This document shows, piece after piece, positions 14,352 to 28,134 of a stretch of 64,000 nucleotides of DNA (its first letter is position 1; each line of letters begins with the position of its first letter). Location of the stretch: assembly GCA_964016885.1 (NCBI GenBank), contig OZ024754.1, positions 42,594,001 to 42,658,000 of the forward strand, read 5' to 3'. The notes beneath the pieces were generated by a model. That model was given only the letters and a program-made list of their open reading frames with translations, was not told the origin of the DNA and did no database searches. A program made the position numbers and the translations under genes. This stretch comes from Eledone cirrhosa. Its lineage: Eukaryota.

Positions 14352-14982
14352 TAATATTTAGTTAACTGGACTTACTTGCTATATGGGAGATACTAAGATA
14401 TTCTCAGTACTGTTGTAATATTTAGTTAACTGGACTAGACTTGCTATACGAGAGATACTAAAATATTCTCAGTACTGTTGTAATATTTAGTTAACTGGAC
14501 TAGACTTGCTATATGGGAGATACTAAGATATTCTCAGTACTGTTGTAATATTTAGTTAACTGGACTAGACTTGCTATACGAGAGATACTAAGATATTCTC
14601 AGTACTGTTGTAATATTTAGTTAACTGGACTAGACTTGCTATACGAGAGACACTAAGATATTCTCAGTACTGTTGTAATATTTAGTTAACTGGACTAGAC
14701 TTGCTATACGAGAGATACTAAGATATTCTCAGTACTGTTGTAATATTTAGTTAACTGGACTAGACTTGCTATACGAGAGATACTAAGATATTCTCAGTAC
14801 TGTTGTAATATTTAATTAACTGGACTAGACTTGCTATACGAGAGATACTAAGATATTCTCAGTACTGTTGTAATATTTAGTTAACTGAACTAGACTTGCT
14901 ATACGAGAGACACTAAGATATTCTCAGTACTGTTGTAATATTTAGTTAACTGGAGTAGACTTGGTATATAAGAGATACTAAG
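14352..14982. repeat. 65-bp minisatellite
   Basis: Unit tgttgtaatatttagttaactggactagacttgctatacgagagatactaagatattctcagtac, about 9.5 copies. Confidence 0.95.
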
Positions 14983-15380
14983 ACAAAAATAAAGGATAAA
15001 GATCTCATAACTCCTTTTGGAGTTATAGAGGCCCCGCTATATGGTGTGTCTAGGGCACTTTTAAACCTGGTGGAGCCCAACTATCTCCAGGTCTCAACAC
15101 AGCCAATTTTTCTATAGCGGAAGAATCGACCCCAGTACTGGACTGGTACTTTGTTTATCAACCTCGAAAGGATGAAAGACAAAGTTGACGATGGCAGAAT
15201 TTGAATTCAGAGCACGCAATGATGTGGGACGAATACCGTAAAGCATTCTATCCAACATCTGCCACATACATACGATAATACACAGATTAGATAACAAAAT
15301 ATCTATTCGACAGAGTAATACCTAACGACAAGTTTGAGATTAAGCTAGCTTATCTTTTACTAAGAGCTTTACATACATAT

Positions 15381-15822
15381 GTGTATATATTAATACTGCT
15401 GAGTGTATATATTAATATTGCTGAGTGTATATATTAGGACTGCTGAGTGTATATATTAATACTGCTGAGTGTATATATTAATATTGCTGAGTGTATATAT
15501 TAGGACTGCTGAGTGTATATATTAGGACTGCTGAGTGTATATATTAGGACTGCTGAGTGTATATATTAGGACTGCTGAGTGTATATATTAGGCCTGCTGA
15601 GTGTATATATTAGGCCTGCTGAGTGTATATATTAGGCCTGCTGAGTGTATATATTAGGACTGCTGAGTGTATATATTAGGACTGCTGAGTGTATATATTA
15701 ATATTGCTGAGTGTATATATTAGGACTGCTGAGTGTATATATTAGGCCTGCTGAGTGTATATATTAGGACTGCTGAGTGTATATATTAGGACTGCTGAGT
15801 GTATATATTAGGACTGCTGAGT
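15381..15822. repeat. 22-bp minisatellite (gtgtatatattaggactgctga)
   Basis: About 20 copies. Confidence 0.95.
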
Positions 15823-16568
15823 ATGATAAATTATGTTATGAGGAATCTAAACTTGGCAATTTACTGCACTGAATAAAATATATAGAAATATAACATAATT
15901 AACGGTTTTTAGAGATATGGAAGAAACATACATTGATTTAAATATATATGTATATATATATATTTAAATCAAAGAAAAAAAGATGAAATCGAAAATGCAA
16001 CTGGAGTCTTTTAAAAAATATTTATTTGGTTCCTTTACCGGTTTTGCAGTTCTTGTGCTTTTCAAAAGTAGAATTGAGTAAAGGAACGAAACCGGTAAAG
16101 GAACCAAATAAATATAAAAAAAAAAAGACACCAGTTACATTTTCGATTTCATCTTTTTTCCTTATACTTTCACTCGTGTAGGACATCTCTTTTTTTCATT
16201 TTGTAAAAAAACCTCACTTTCTAATAATTTATATATATATATATATATGTATATAAGCAATGAGTTATTTAATTTATTGATTATTCAATATATATTGATA
16301 TATATATATATAGGAGTCTGGAACTAGCTGTTGAAATGGCAAGAGCTCAGCTATGAACCAGTGTTCTAAATAGCTTGCCAAGCTATTTAGAACACTGGTT
16401 TAACCGCTTTACTTCCCTCCGAAGAAGAAATATTATCTCAAAAATTAAGGACATTTAAATAAATCTAAGGTAAAAGACTAATTGTCAACAATATCTTTTG
16501 CATTTGCATTTTTTTTATTCTATGTCCATACCTGCATTGTTTGGCTTTACAAATTCAAAACGTTTATA

Positions 16569-16603
<35 letters not shown>

Positions 16604-16746
16604 CCAAAGATTTATATGGTTCGTTGATTATTCAACGAATACAATTTTACAATTGATTAGAAGCACTCGACAGAAAAATTTTCCTGGAGTATTTAATATT
16701 ATTCAAAATATTAATAAATGAAAAATATTCTCATAATCAAAATATA

Positions 16747-16809
16747 TATTTTATTATACATATTTCAAAGGTACTATGGTGATTAAGTAGGTTTTCATCC
16801 GATAAAATA
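16747..16809 (-). ncRNA. Degenerate hammerhead motif (core CGGATGA), same family as 18465 and 51081
   Basis: Minus strand TATTTTAT-CGGATGA-...-GAAA-TATGTA-TA^ATAAAATA; one core substitution. Confidence 0.5.
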
Positions 16810-16828
16810 TATAAGATTGGATATAGGT

Positions 16829-16865
<37 letters not shown>

Positions 16866-17004
16866 CTTCCTCTCCAGACATCAGTTGGGCTTAGACTGAA
16901 CTATGGAGCTTAGACTCTCTACACACTATCCTATTGTCTTTTCCTCTATAACATACATTCACATATACACATATACACCCACTCAGCTACACACATATAC
17001 ACAC

Positions 17005-17942
17005 ATTGAGCTGGACATATGTATATATACACTGAGATGGACATATATATACACCGAGATGGACATATATATACACTGAGATGGACATATATATACACCG
17101 AGATGGACATATATATACACTGAGATGGACATATATATACACCGAGATGGACATATATATACACTGAGATGGACATATATATATACACCGAGATGGACAT
17201 ATATATACACCGAGATGGACATATATATACACCGAGATGGACATATATATACACCGAGATGGACATATATATACACCGAGATGGACATATATATACACCG
17301 AGATGGACATATATATACACCGAGATGGACATATATATACACTGAGATGGACATATATATACACCGAGATGGACATATATATACACCGAGATGGACATAT
17401 ATATACACCGAGATGGACATATATATACACCGAGATGGACATATATATACACCGAGATGGACATATATATACACTGAGATGGACATATATATACACCGAG
17501 ATGGACATATATATACACTGAGATGGACATATATATACACCGAGATGGACATATATATACACCGAGATGGACATATATATACACCGAGATGGACATATAT
17601 ATACACCGAGATGGACATATATATACACTGAGATGGACATATATATACACCGAGATGGACATATATATATACACTGAGATGGACATATATATATACACTG
17701 AGATGGACATATATATATATACACTGAGATGGACATATATATATACACTGAGATGGACATATATATATATACACTGAGATGGACATATATATATATACAC
17801 TGAGATGGACATATATATATATACACCGAGCTGGACATATATATATATACACCGAGCTGGACATATATATATATATACACCGAGCTGGACATATATATAT
17901 ATATACACCGAGCTGGACATATATATATATATACACCGAGCT

Positions 17943-17973
<31 letters not shown>

Positions 17974-18004
17974 CACCGAGCTGGACATATATATATATAT
18001 ACAC
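17005..18004. repeat. Minisatellite of about 22 bp with an internal variable (TA)n
   Basis: Unit acatatatatacac(c/t)gagatgg; source of the 330-350 aa pseudo-ORFs. Confidence 0.95.
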
Positions 18005-18464
18005 TCTCAGATAGAGAAGCTCTTATTCTCCATTTCCTCACAAAAAAAGACCTATTTTATGACCTGCAATAAGTTAAAATTGAGAACTGTTCAGTAATGT
18101 CATTTTTTAAAACTTTAACCCTTTAATGTTCAAACCGGCCAGAATTCTCTACCTCTTTCTGTTGAAACTGGCTGTAACTGGTCACTCAAACTGATGTTAA
18201 GGTATTGTTCTCAAAATAAATACTTTCAAAATCTCATAGATTCAATATTATGGGAGATAATTATGTGAGGTAAAGCCTTTACCATGAAAATATAATAGTA
18301 TATGTAGAGTAATGTGAATGGTAAAGGGTTAACACAGATGCGGGTAGTGTTATATATGTATATATTTGCATGTACATATACATATGTGTGTGTGTGTGTA
18401 TGTATATATATATAGATATATCAATGATATTAATAAATGGAAACTATCTTTATAAAACCATATT

Positions 18465-18526
18465 TATTTTATTATATATATTTCAAGGGTGCTAAAATTT
18501 TTGGTACACTCTCATCAGATAAAATA
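18465..18526 (-). ncRNA. Minimal type I hammerhead ribozyme motif, sense in RMDN intron 1
   Basis: Minus strand TATTTTAT-CTGATGA-gagtgtaccaaaaattttagcaccctt-GAAA-TATATA-TA^ATAAAATA; stem II has mismatches. Confidence 0.7.
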
Positions 18527-18727
18527 CAAAGTTTGTTTTATAAATAGTGACATATCCAAAAAACAAGAACTTATCGTTTTAAGTTCAGAACTTAAAACGA
18601 TAAGTTCTTGTTTCAAGCCCTCTCCCTTAGCTCATCTGAGAAGTTAGTAGCTCCACTTAGATACTGACCCCTGTGATGACCCCTAACTCTGTCCAATATT
18701 TGCTAGCATGGAGAAACAACTGTTAAA

Positions 18728-18847
18728 TGTTGATGATGATAGTGATGGTGATGATGGCAGTGATGATGATGATGGAAGTGGTGATGATGGTGGTGGTAAT
18801 GGTGGTGGTAATGGTGGTGGTAATGATGGTGATGATGATGATGGCAG

Positions 18848-18878
<31 letters not shown>

Positions 18879-19798
18879 GGAAGTGGTGATGATGGTGGTG
18901 GTAATGGTGGTGGTAATGATGGTGATGGTGGTGATGGCAGTGATGATGATGATGGAAGTGGTGATGATGGTGGTGGTAATGGTGGTGGTAATGGTGGTGG
19001 TAATGATGGTGATGATGATGATGGCAGTGATGATGATGATGATGATGATGGTGATGATGGAAGTGGTGATGATGGTGGTGGTAATGATGGTGATGGTGGT
19101 GATGGCAGTGATGATGATGGTGACGATGATTATGATGGCGGTGATGATGGAAGTGGTAATGATGGTGGTAATGGTGGTGATGAAGATGGTAATTATGATG
19201 ATGGTGGTGGTGGTGATGGTGGTGGTGGTGGTGGTGGTGATGAGGATTTGGTTTGTTTGCTTGTTTCACCATAATTTTATCTGCTGCAATCCTCCCTTCC
19301 CGATTCTATCAATGACTCACGTGAACATGTGCATATCTTCTGGGTTAACCCCAAACTATATTGCTTGCCACTTGTCAATATCAAAACAACTTCCATTTTA
19401 TATGAAACCAAAAACCTTGACATGTTTTTAAAACAACAACAACAACAACTACTGAAACAGTTTACAGCCATTGGCAAGCATGGAAAAATGGACGTAAAAA
19501 CAATGATGGTGGTGGTGTAAGTGGTGGAGATGATGATGGTGATGATGATAATGATGATAGTGGTGGTGTTGGTGGTGGTGATGATGTTAATGATGATGGT
19601 GGTGATGATGATAATGATGATGGTGGTGGTGATGATGATAGTGGTGGTGGTGATGATGATGATAGTGGTGATGATGATAGTGGTGGTGTTGGTGGTGGTG
19701 ATGATGATGATGGTGATGATAGTGGTGGTGGTGGTGATGATGATGGTGATGATAGTGGTGGTGGTGATGATGATGATGGTGATGATAGTGGTGGTGGT
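18728..19798. repeat. Two compound GAT/GGT trinucleotide tracts (18728-19245, 19503-19798)
   Basis: Low-complexity sequence giving poly-His, poly-Asp/Gly and poly-Met/Val ORFs. Confidence 0.92.
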
Positions 19799-20273
19799 CT
19801 TACCAAAAGAAAGGACAGAGGTGTTTTGTTAAATACTAAAATATTCTAAATCTATATAATAAGAGCGCTGTCTGTCTGTTCGTCCCTCAGTCACGCTCAC
19901 TATATATATAGAGAGAGGGGGAGCACCAAGAGAGAGATACATACATAGAGCGAGGGGGTGTCAAGAGGGTTAGGTGCACCAAGAGAGAGATATACATACA
20001 TAGAGAGGGGGGTACCAAGAGAGAGTTATACATACATAGAGAGAGAGAGGGTATCAAGAGAGAGTTATACATACATAGAGAGAGGGGGTGTCAAGAGAGA
20101 GTTATACATAGAGAGAGAAAAAGGCAGTGTGTTTTCAAGGTGACGGAACGAAGTAGATAGACAGAGAGTTATGATGTCGCCCTCATTTAGAGAGGGGGAG
20201 AGCCAAGTGAGAGAGATGTACATAGAGAGAGAAAAGGAACGTCATTTGTTTAAAGAGAGAGAGAGACAGACAG

Positions 20274-20348
<75 letters not shown>

Positions 20349-20581
20349 CAGAGAGAGGGAGTTGACATCTCTCTCACTTAAATGTTATATAAACTTGTCA
20401 ATCTATCAACTCTTAACATCCTGTAATGATTTCGTAGGAAATATCTAAAGCAAACTTGTTGACTCAAATATTTATAGTATCTTTACTTGTGGACAGATTG
20501 TGGTGAAAATGTGCAGAAAACGTAAGAAATAACTTCAATTTGTGATAGAGTCAAGTTTTGTACTTTTCATTTCTTCATAAT

Positions 20582-20769
20582 CGTTTCTACTTTTGGCACA
20601 AGGCCAGCAATTATTCCAGTGCATTACTGGTACTTTATTTTATCGACCCCGTAAGGATGAAAGGCAAAGTTAACCTAGGCGGGATTTGAACTCAGAATGG
20701 CAAGGGCCGTAACTCTATGCATCAAAGCATGGCGTCCAACCCTCTACCGATACTGCCAATTCACCGCCC
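20582..20769 (-). mobile_element. Second-family SINE with an 18-bp target-site duplication
   Basis: Flanked by ttttcat(t/g)tcttcataat on both sides. Confidence 0.88.
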
Positions 20770-20884
20770 TTTTCATGTCTTCATAATGTGGTTTTATGTG
20801 TGTTACAATGGGATGTCACAGCTGTTAGTATATTTGTATGAACAAAGGTAAACTAAAATATTCACCAGACGTAATTTCAAACTA

Positions 20885-21059
20885 CCGTATTTCCCGGCGT
20901 CGAAGGCGCTACTTTTCCCCTAAAACAAGTCTAAAAAATCTACCATGGGTCCTGGAGGCCGAAGGTTGTTTATTATTATTTTTTTTTTTTCAAATTTTTG
21001 GTTGTCAAAATTAGGGTGAGTCCTTGAGGATGAAGCGTCTTCAGCGCCAGGAAATATGG
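20885..21059. mobile_element. Tc1/mariner-pogo-type MITE
   Basis: TA|CCGTATTTCCCGGCG...CGCCAGGAAATATGG|TA imperfect TIRs. Confidence 0.7.
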
Positions 21060-21147
21060 TACTAACGAGACCACAGGTCACTACAATGAGCCTACATATA
21101 CACAGTCTACTGTCAGGTCACTTCAGTTATTATTTATAGACATTTCG

Positions 21148-21754
21148 CCTGTGGGGCTCCATCTGGCAGACCATCCACTGCCGACTTCCCGCTGCAACAG
21201 CCACCCCCACCCTGTGGGGCTCCATCTGGCAGACCATCCACTGCCGACTTCCCGCTGCAACAGCCACCCCCACCCTGTGGGGCTCCATCTGGCAGACCAT
21301 CCACTGCCGACTTCCCGCTGCAACAGCCACCCCCACCCTGTGGGGCTCCATCTGGCAGACCATCCACTGCCGACTTCCCGCTGCAACAGCCACCCCCACC
21401 CTGTGGGGCTCCATCTGGCAGACCATCCACTGCCGACTTCCCGCTGCAACAGCCACCCCCACCCTGTGGGGCTCCATCTGGCAGACCATCCACTGCCGAC
21501 TTCCCGCTGCAACAGCCACCCCCACCCTGTGGGGCTCCATCTGGCAGACCATCCACTGCCGACTTCCCGCTGCAACAGCCACCCCCACCCTGTGGGGCTC
21601 CATCTGGCAGACCATCCACTGCCGACTTCCCGCTGCAACAGCCACCCCCACCCTGTGGGGCTCCATCTGGCAGACCATCCACTGCCGACTTCCCGCTGCA
21701 ACAGCCACCCCCACCCTGTGGGGCTCCATCTGGCAGACCATCCACTGCCGACTT
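21148..21754. repeat. Homogeneous GC-rich 63-bp tandem array
   Basis: About 9.6 apparently identical copies of cctgtggggctccatctggcagaccatccactgccgacttcccgctgcaacagccacccccac. Confidence 0.97.
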
Positions 21755-21839
21755 CGTCATAAGCCCACCTCCACACCTGCTATTTTTATTACTATCTATA
21801 TTTAAATTTTGATCAAATGTTAAAAGATGAAGATAGAAA

Positions 21840-22335
21840 GATGAACAGATGACATGACAGGAACATGTATAAATAAACTGAGGTGGTTTGATATGGAAAG
21901 ATGAGCACATGACAGGAACATGTATAATTAAACTGAGGTGGGTTGATATGGATAGATGAGCACATGACAGGAACATGTATAAATAAACAGTTTTGTATGA
22001 GACAGGGGGAAGACTGAGGTGGGTTGATATGGATAGATGAGCACATGACAGGAACATGTATAAATAAACAGTTTTGTATGAGACAGGGGGAAGACTGAGG
22101 TGGGTTGATATGGAAAGATGAGCACATGACAGGAACATGTATAAATAAACAGTTTTGTACGAGACAGGGGGAAGACTGAGGTGGGTTGATATGGAAAGAT
22201 GTGCACATGACAGGAACATGTATAAATAAACAGTTTTGTACGAGACAGGGGGAAGACTGAGGTGGGTTGATATGGAAAGATGAGCACATGACAGGAACAT
22301 GTATAAATAAACTGAGGTGGTTTGATATGGAAAAG
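21840..22335. repeat. 81-bp minisatellite
   Basis: Repeating gatgagcacatgacaggaacatgtataaataaac... units. Confidence 0.9.
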
Positions 22336-23074
22336 GTTAAATAAGCCCAACAGAAAATGTTCGCTAACATTGTTCCCAGGACTTGAAATAACTTGTTTCC
22401 GGCAGAATGTCAATTTCTGGTGTAAAAGGTCAGGAGAGTGAGAGAGAGGGAGAGAGGGAGAGAGGGGGGGATGGGGGAGGTGAAGAGAGAAAGTGACAGA
22501 GAGTGGAGAAAGGAGAGAGGGGAAGAGAGAGAGAGAGAGAGAGACAGAGAGAGACAGAGAGAGAGAGATGTAGAGAGAGATGTAGAGAGTGAGGGAGAGT
22601 GAGAGGCAGAAAGTGAGTGAGGGAGAGTGAGAGGCAAAGAATGAGGGAGAGAGAGAGTGAGAGATGTAGAGAATGAGGGAGAGAGAGAGAGAGAGGGGCA
22701 GAGAGGGAGAGTGAGAGAGAGTGAGAGGCTGAAAGTGAGTGATGGAGAAAGAGAGGCAGAGAATGAAGGAGAGAGAGAGATGTAGAGGAAGAAACTGACT
22801 CCAGAAAACAACAACAAAAAAAAAAGGTCTAAGAAGCTGGTAATTCGAGTGGAAATAAAAATGTAAATATAAACATGACTGCAAGTATAGAAGGTGAAGG
22901 TCACTGGTCCCTCTCTTTGATCACATTGCAAGTATAGAAGGTGATGGTCGATTGGTCCCTCTCTTTGATCACATGAACTGGTAGGGTAACAATCCAGGTT
23001 GAAGTGTTACACTCCTTTTGTCTGGTGTTAGTTGTGAGGTGTGGTGTTAGTTGTGAAGTGTGGATTAAAATAAT

Positions 23075-23528
23075 TGTTTCTACTTTTGGCACAAGGCCAT
23101 CAATCACCCAGTACATTACTGGTACTTTATTTTATCGACCCCGTAAGGATGAAAGGCAAAGTTAACCTCAGCGGGATTTGAACTCAGACCGCAAAGGGAC
23201 GTAACTATGCTAGAAAGCATGCCGTCCAACCCTCTACCGATACTGCCAATCCACCGCCCCAGCATGCCGTCCAACCCTCTACCGATACTGCCAATCCACC
23301 GCCCCAGCATGCCGTCCAACCCTCTACCGATACTGCCAATCCACCGCCCCAGCATGCCGTCCAACCCTCTACCGATACTGCCAATCCACCGCCCCAGCAT
23401 GCCGTCCAACCCTCTACCGATACTGCCAATCCACCGCCCCAGCATGGCGTCCAACCCTCTACCGATACTGCCAATCCACCGCCCCAGCATGCCGTCCAAC
23501 CCTCTACCGATACTGCCAATCCACCGCC
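23075..23528 (-). mobile_element. Second-family SINE whose 45-bp head is tandemly amplified about 7 times
   Basis: Unit agcatgccgtccaaccctctaccgatactgccaatccaccgcccc at 23216-23528; TSD gtgtggattaaaataat. Confidence 0.88.
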
Positions 23529-23639
23529 TGTTGTGTGGATTAAAATAATGTTGGGAAGTGGATTGGTAGACCCTTCAACAAAATGATTGTGGTGGTATTT
23601 GTTGCAGCTGTTTGTGTTCTAAGGTCACCTGCAATAATC

Positions 23640-24505
23640 AATATAGATACCAAACTATACCAATCAATATTGGTACCAAACTATACCAATCAATATAGTA
23701 CCAAACTCTATCAATATAGGTACCAATCAATATTGGTACCAAACTATACCAATCAATATAGTACCAAATTCTATCAATATAGGTACCAATCAATATTGGT
23801 ACCAAACTATACCAATCAATATTGGTACCAAACTATACCAATCATTATTGGTACCAAACTATACCAATCATTATTGGTACCAAACTATACCAATCAATAT
23901 AGTACCAAACTCTCAATATAGTACCAAACTCTACCAATCATTATTGGTACCAAACTCTACCAATCATTATTGGTACCAAACTCTACCAATCATTATTGGT
24001 ACCAAACTCTACCAATCATTATTGGTACCAAACTCTACCAATCATTATTGGTACCAAACTCTACCAATCATTATTGGTACCAAACTCTACCAATCATTAT
24101 TGGTACCAAACTCTACCAATCATTATAGGTACCAAACTATACCAATCAATATTGGTACCAAACTATACCAATCAATATTGGTACCAAACTATACCAATCA
24201 ATATAGTACCAAACTCTATCAATATAGTACCAAACTCTATCAATATAGTACCAAACTCTATCAATATAGTACCAAACTCTATCAATATAGGTACCAAACT
24301 CTACCAATCATTATTGGTACCAAACTCTACCAATCATTATTGGTACCAAACTATACCAATCAATATTGGTACCAAACTATACCAATCAATATAGTACCAA
24401 ACTCTATCAATATAGTACCAAACTCTATCAATATAGGTACCAAACTCTACCAATCATTATTGGTACCAAACTCTACCAATCATTATTGGTACCAAACTAC
24501 CAATA
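23640..24505. repeat. Compound minisatellite (ggtaccaaactctaccaatcattatt variants)
   Basis: Tandem units of about 22-27 bp. Confidence 0.92.
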
Positions 24506-25152
24506 ATGTGCCACTTCTCTCAGACAAACATAAAAGCCACAAGTGAATGCTGTTAGGAATGGTGTAATATATGTAAATTCTTGCTCTCCCCCACCCCACT
24601 AATGCCACGAGCTATCAAATGTTAAGTCGATGACCCAGTAATTGAGGAAAAGACATGGCAAACCCATGCAAACATTAAATAAATCGACGATAAAGAGAAG
24701 CAGGATGTCGCTTATAATGTGTGTATGTGTCTGTATGTGTCTGTCTGTGTGTATGTGTCTGTATGTGTCTGTCTGTGTGTATGTGTCTATGTGTATGTCT
24801 GTGTGTCTGTGTGTATGTGTCTGTATGTGTGTGTGTGTGTGCAATGCATACATGCCTTGCACATGTATATGTAATATATAATCATGTGCAGTGCACATGA
24901 TTATATATTAGACTCATGTCTATAGAATAAATAAAATAAAAGGGCATCTAACTGTAGAACCCATGCTAAAATGGAATATATGAGTAAGACAGCATCATCT
25001 GATCTGTCTAGTCTCAGAACATGATGATACTTATAAACATACATACATATACACATATATATATATATACACACATTCATACATATACATACTTATATAT
25101 ACATACATATATATATACATATATATACATATATATACATACATATATATAC

Positions 25153-25187
<35 letters not shown>

Positions 25188-25266
25188 CATATATATACAT
25201 ACATACATATATACATACATACATATATACATACATACATACATATATACATACATACATACATAA

Positions 25267-25300
<34 letters not shown>

Positions 25301-28134
25301 GGTGGCTGCCAACTCGTTTTCGATACAGCCACTACTTTATATCCATGTAGGAGAACCCCTACCAATGCGCTGAACGAATGTGACTTTTTAGTCCAGCCAG
25401 CGACTTGAAAACTCTGGTACACACACTACACTTGTGACAATTATTGACACATAGTGCTGGGCCCATGGTACCATGTGACGACAAGCGCAGAGAGATCTCC
25501 AGATATAAAGCAATGCCTGTGCTGTGAAGCTTTTATAGTGAGCAAAGGCACTGCACAAAGCCAGTCCCACTCTCTTAACCAAGAGGATATTTACCAAAAA
25601 GAAGAACAAGTCAACATCATTGGATACCATCAGGGTTGCAGGTGTTATATCAGAGTTTTCCTTCTCCTAGAATTCTGCCTTGACAAAGGCTAAGGGGTCA
25701 TCTCTCCCGGTGATTTTGGATGGCCATTGACTCTTAAGAGCTCCTTTGCCCTTTGACAGGTTTTGTTTTTAGTCCTGCAGGATGTCCAAAGTCACCCTCC
25801 TCACCAAGAAACCTTGGTGGGGTTGCCAGTTTAGTCGCCAACGACCCGACCATGAGACAGGTTGTACTGGGATACATATTACCAGTAGCTCCAACTGGTG
25901 ACCTGACATATACATATATACTACATACATACATACATATACATATATATATATATATATACATACATATATATATATATACATTCATACTCTCCCATAC
26001 ACCACCATGAGGACAGGCTGAAATAAATGCATCCAGTGATGACCCCAGCATACACTGTAAAGTGGTTTTGTAGGAGACATGGCAAAAAGTACCCAGTCCA
26101 CACTGTAAATGTGGTTGACGTTAGAAAGGGTATCCAGCCATAGAAAACCTACCAGAAACAGTCCTATACGAGTGAGACATGGTCACTCAACCCAACTTGC
26201 TTCTAAATGGGACAAACCCGTCTAACCCATGCTATCGTGGCTGATGGACGTTAAACGATGATGATGATGATATATATACATTCATACATATATACACATA
26301 CATATACATACTTACATACACACACTGATTTCAATAATCTCGTGGTCATATTATCTGAGCATAGTTATCTATGAATGTATACCCTGCAATTAAGAAGCAT
26401 GTGCTTTTGTATACAGGTAATATATATATATATATACATGTGTATATATATATATATGTACATATATATATGTATATATACATAAAGCATTGTAATATAG
26501 AACAAGGAAATTAAATTATAAATTAATCAAATCTTTGATCAGTGAACAATATAACAATTAGTAATTAGATCACGGACATATTTAATTAGTGACTATTAAA
26601 GATAAACTTTATCAAAAGCAAGATAATTTACAGAGATTAGAAAAGGTTTTTTATGTATGTTTGTGTTTTGTTTTTATCTGAATGAATGAATAAGCTTTTC
26701 ACTATACTGATGTATGGTTTAAAGGTTGTACAACTCACATGAATGAATCTCATTATCTTTTTATTTCAATTAATATTTACTAGATAGATTGGATACGAAA
26801 ATAACTACTCTTAGGTTTCAAAAAACCATCCCCTCACCCACACCTTCACTCCCACCCATTAATAATTTCAGATTCTTCCCCCATTTCCACACCTGCTCTT
26901 AGGCTGCCTAATATTTTCAAATAATTTTTTAAATTATCAATAATTTGGAGGCATTAAAGCAATATAACTTTCTCATTATCAAGCTGGTGCTTGGAACATG
27001 ACTTAACCCTTTAGCATTTACATTATTCTACTACATATACTATTGTATTTTTGTGATAAAAGCTTTATCTTACATAATTATCTCACATACTATCGAATCA
27101 ATGAGATTTTAATGTTATTTATTTTGAGAACAATGCCTTAACATCAGTATGAGTAGCCAGTTATGGCCAGTTTGAACAGAAAGAGGTGAGAGAATCCTGG
27201 CCACCGGATACAGCCGGTTTAAATACTAAAGGGTTAAACTGGCCATATCCGGCCAGAATTCTCTCACCTCTTTCTGTTTAAACCGGCTGTAACTAGCCAC
27301 TCATACTGATGTTAAGGTATTGTTCTCAAAATAAATATCAACATCTCAGATTTGATATCATGTGAGATAAAGCCCTTCTCTGAGTCACAGAAAGTTCTGT
27401 CAACAGGGCAGAACCAGGCCAGAAATGGTTAACTAAATCACAGAAATTCTATCAACAGGAAAGAACCAGGACAGAACCAGGCTTGAAATGGTTAACTGTG
27501 TCACAGAAAGTTCTGTCAACAGGGCAGAACCAAGCTTGAAATGCGACAGGATGTAGTAATCAATTAATTTTTGACCTTAAAAAACAAATATAAAAAAAAA
27601 AACAAAAAAAAAACTCAACAAAAATGGGGCTGACATTAAAAAAAAAAGGATTGGATAAAATGGGAACCAGGAAGCAGATTCATCTCATAGCTGCATGCTT
27701 AAGGCTCTCTACCCCTGCCGGATGTCCAATTGATATTGATACTGAATACATCACTAAACCAGAGTAGCATGATCATTCTAAAGAGTGTTTCCTCTACCAC
27801 CTCCCAATAATTTCTGTATCATTCACAAATATGTCATACTACCTTTACACTTTTCTGTGTCATCAGAACATTTTCTATTATCATCGTTTAACCCTTTACC
27901 ATTTACATTACTCTATATATACTATTGTATTTTCATGGTAAAGGCTTTACCTCACATAATATCGAATCTATGAGATTCTGATATTATTTATTTTGAGAAC
28001 AATACCTTAACATCAGTATGAGCAGCGAGTTATGGCCAGTTTGAACAGAAAGAGGCGAGAGAATTCTGGCCAAATACAGCCGGTTTAAATGATAAAAGGT
28101 TAAATATTTATTCTACACTGGCAGGAGCTTAACT

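Noticed and set aside
16946-18072. 330-350 aa ORFs
   Set aside because: Translations of a (TA)-containing minisatellite, open in several frames, with no splice or domain evidence.
18703-19832. Poly-His and Asp/Gly-rich ORFs resembling beak or biomineral proteins
   Set aside because: GAT/GGT microsatellite expansions of retroelement (GAT)n tails; open on both strands, no signal peptide or splice sites.
21123-22370. ORFs of up to 388 aa
   Set aside because: 63-bp and 81-bp tandem units that are multiples of three; intronic repeats.
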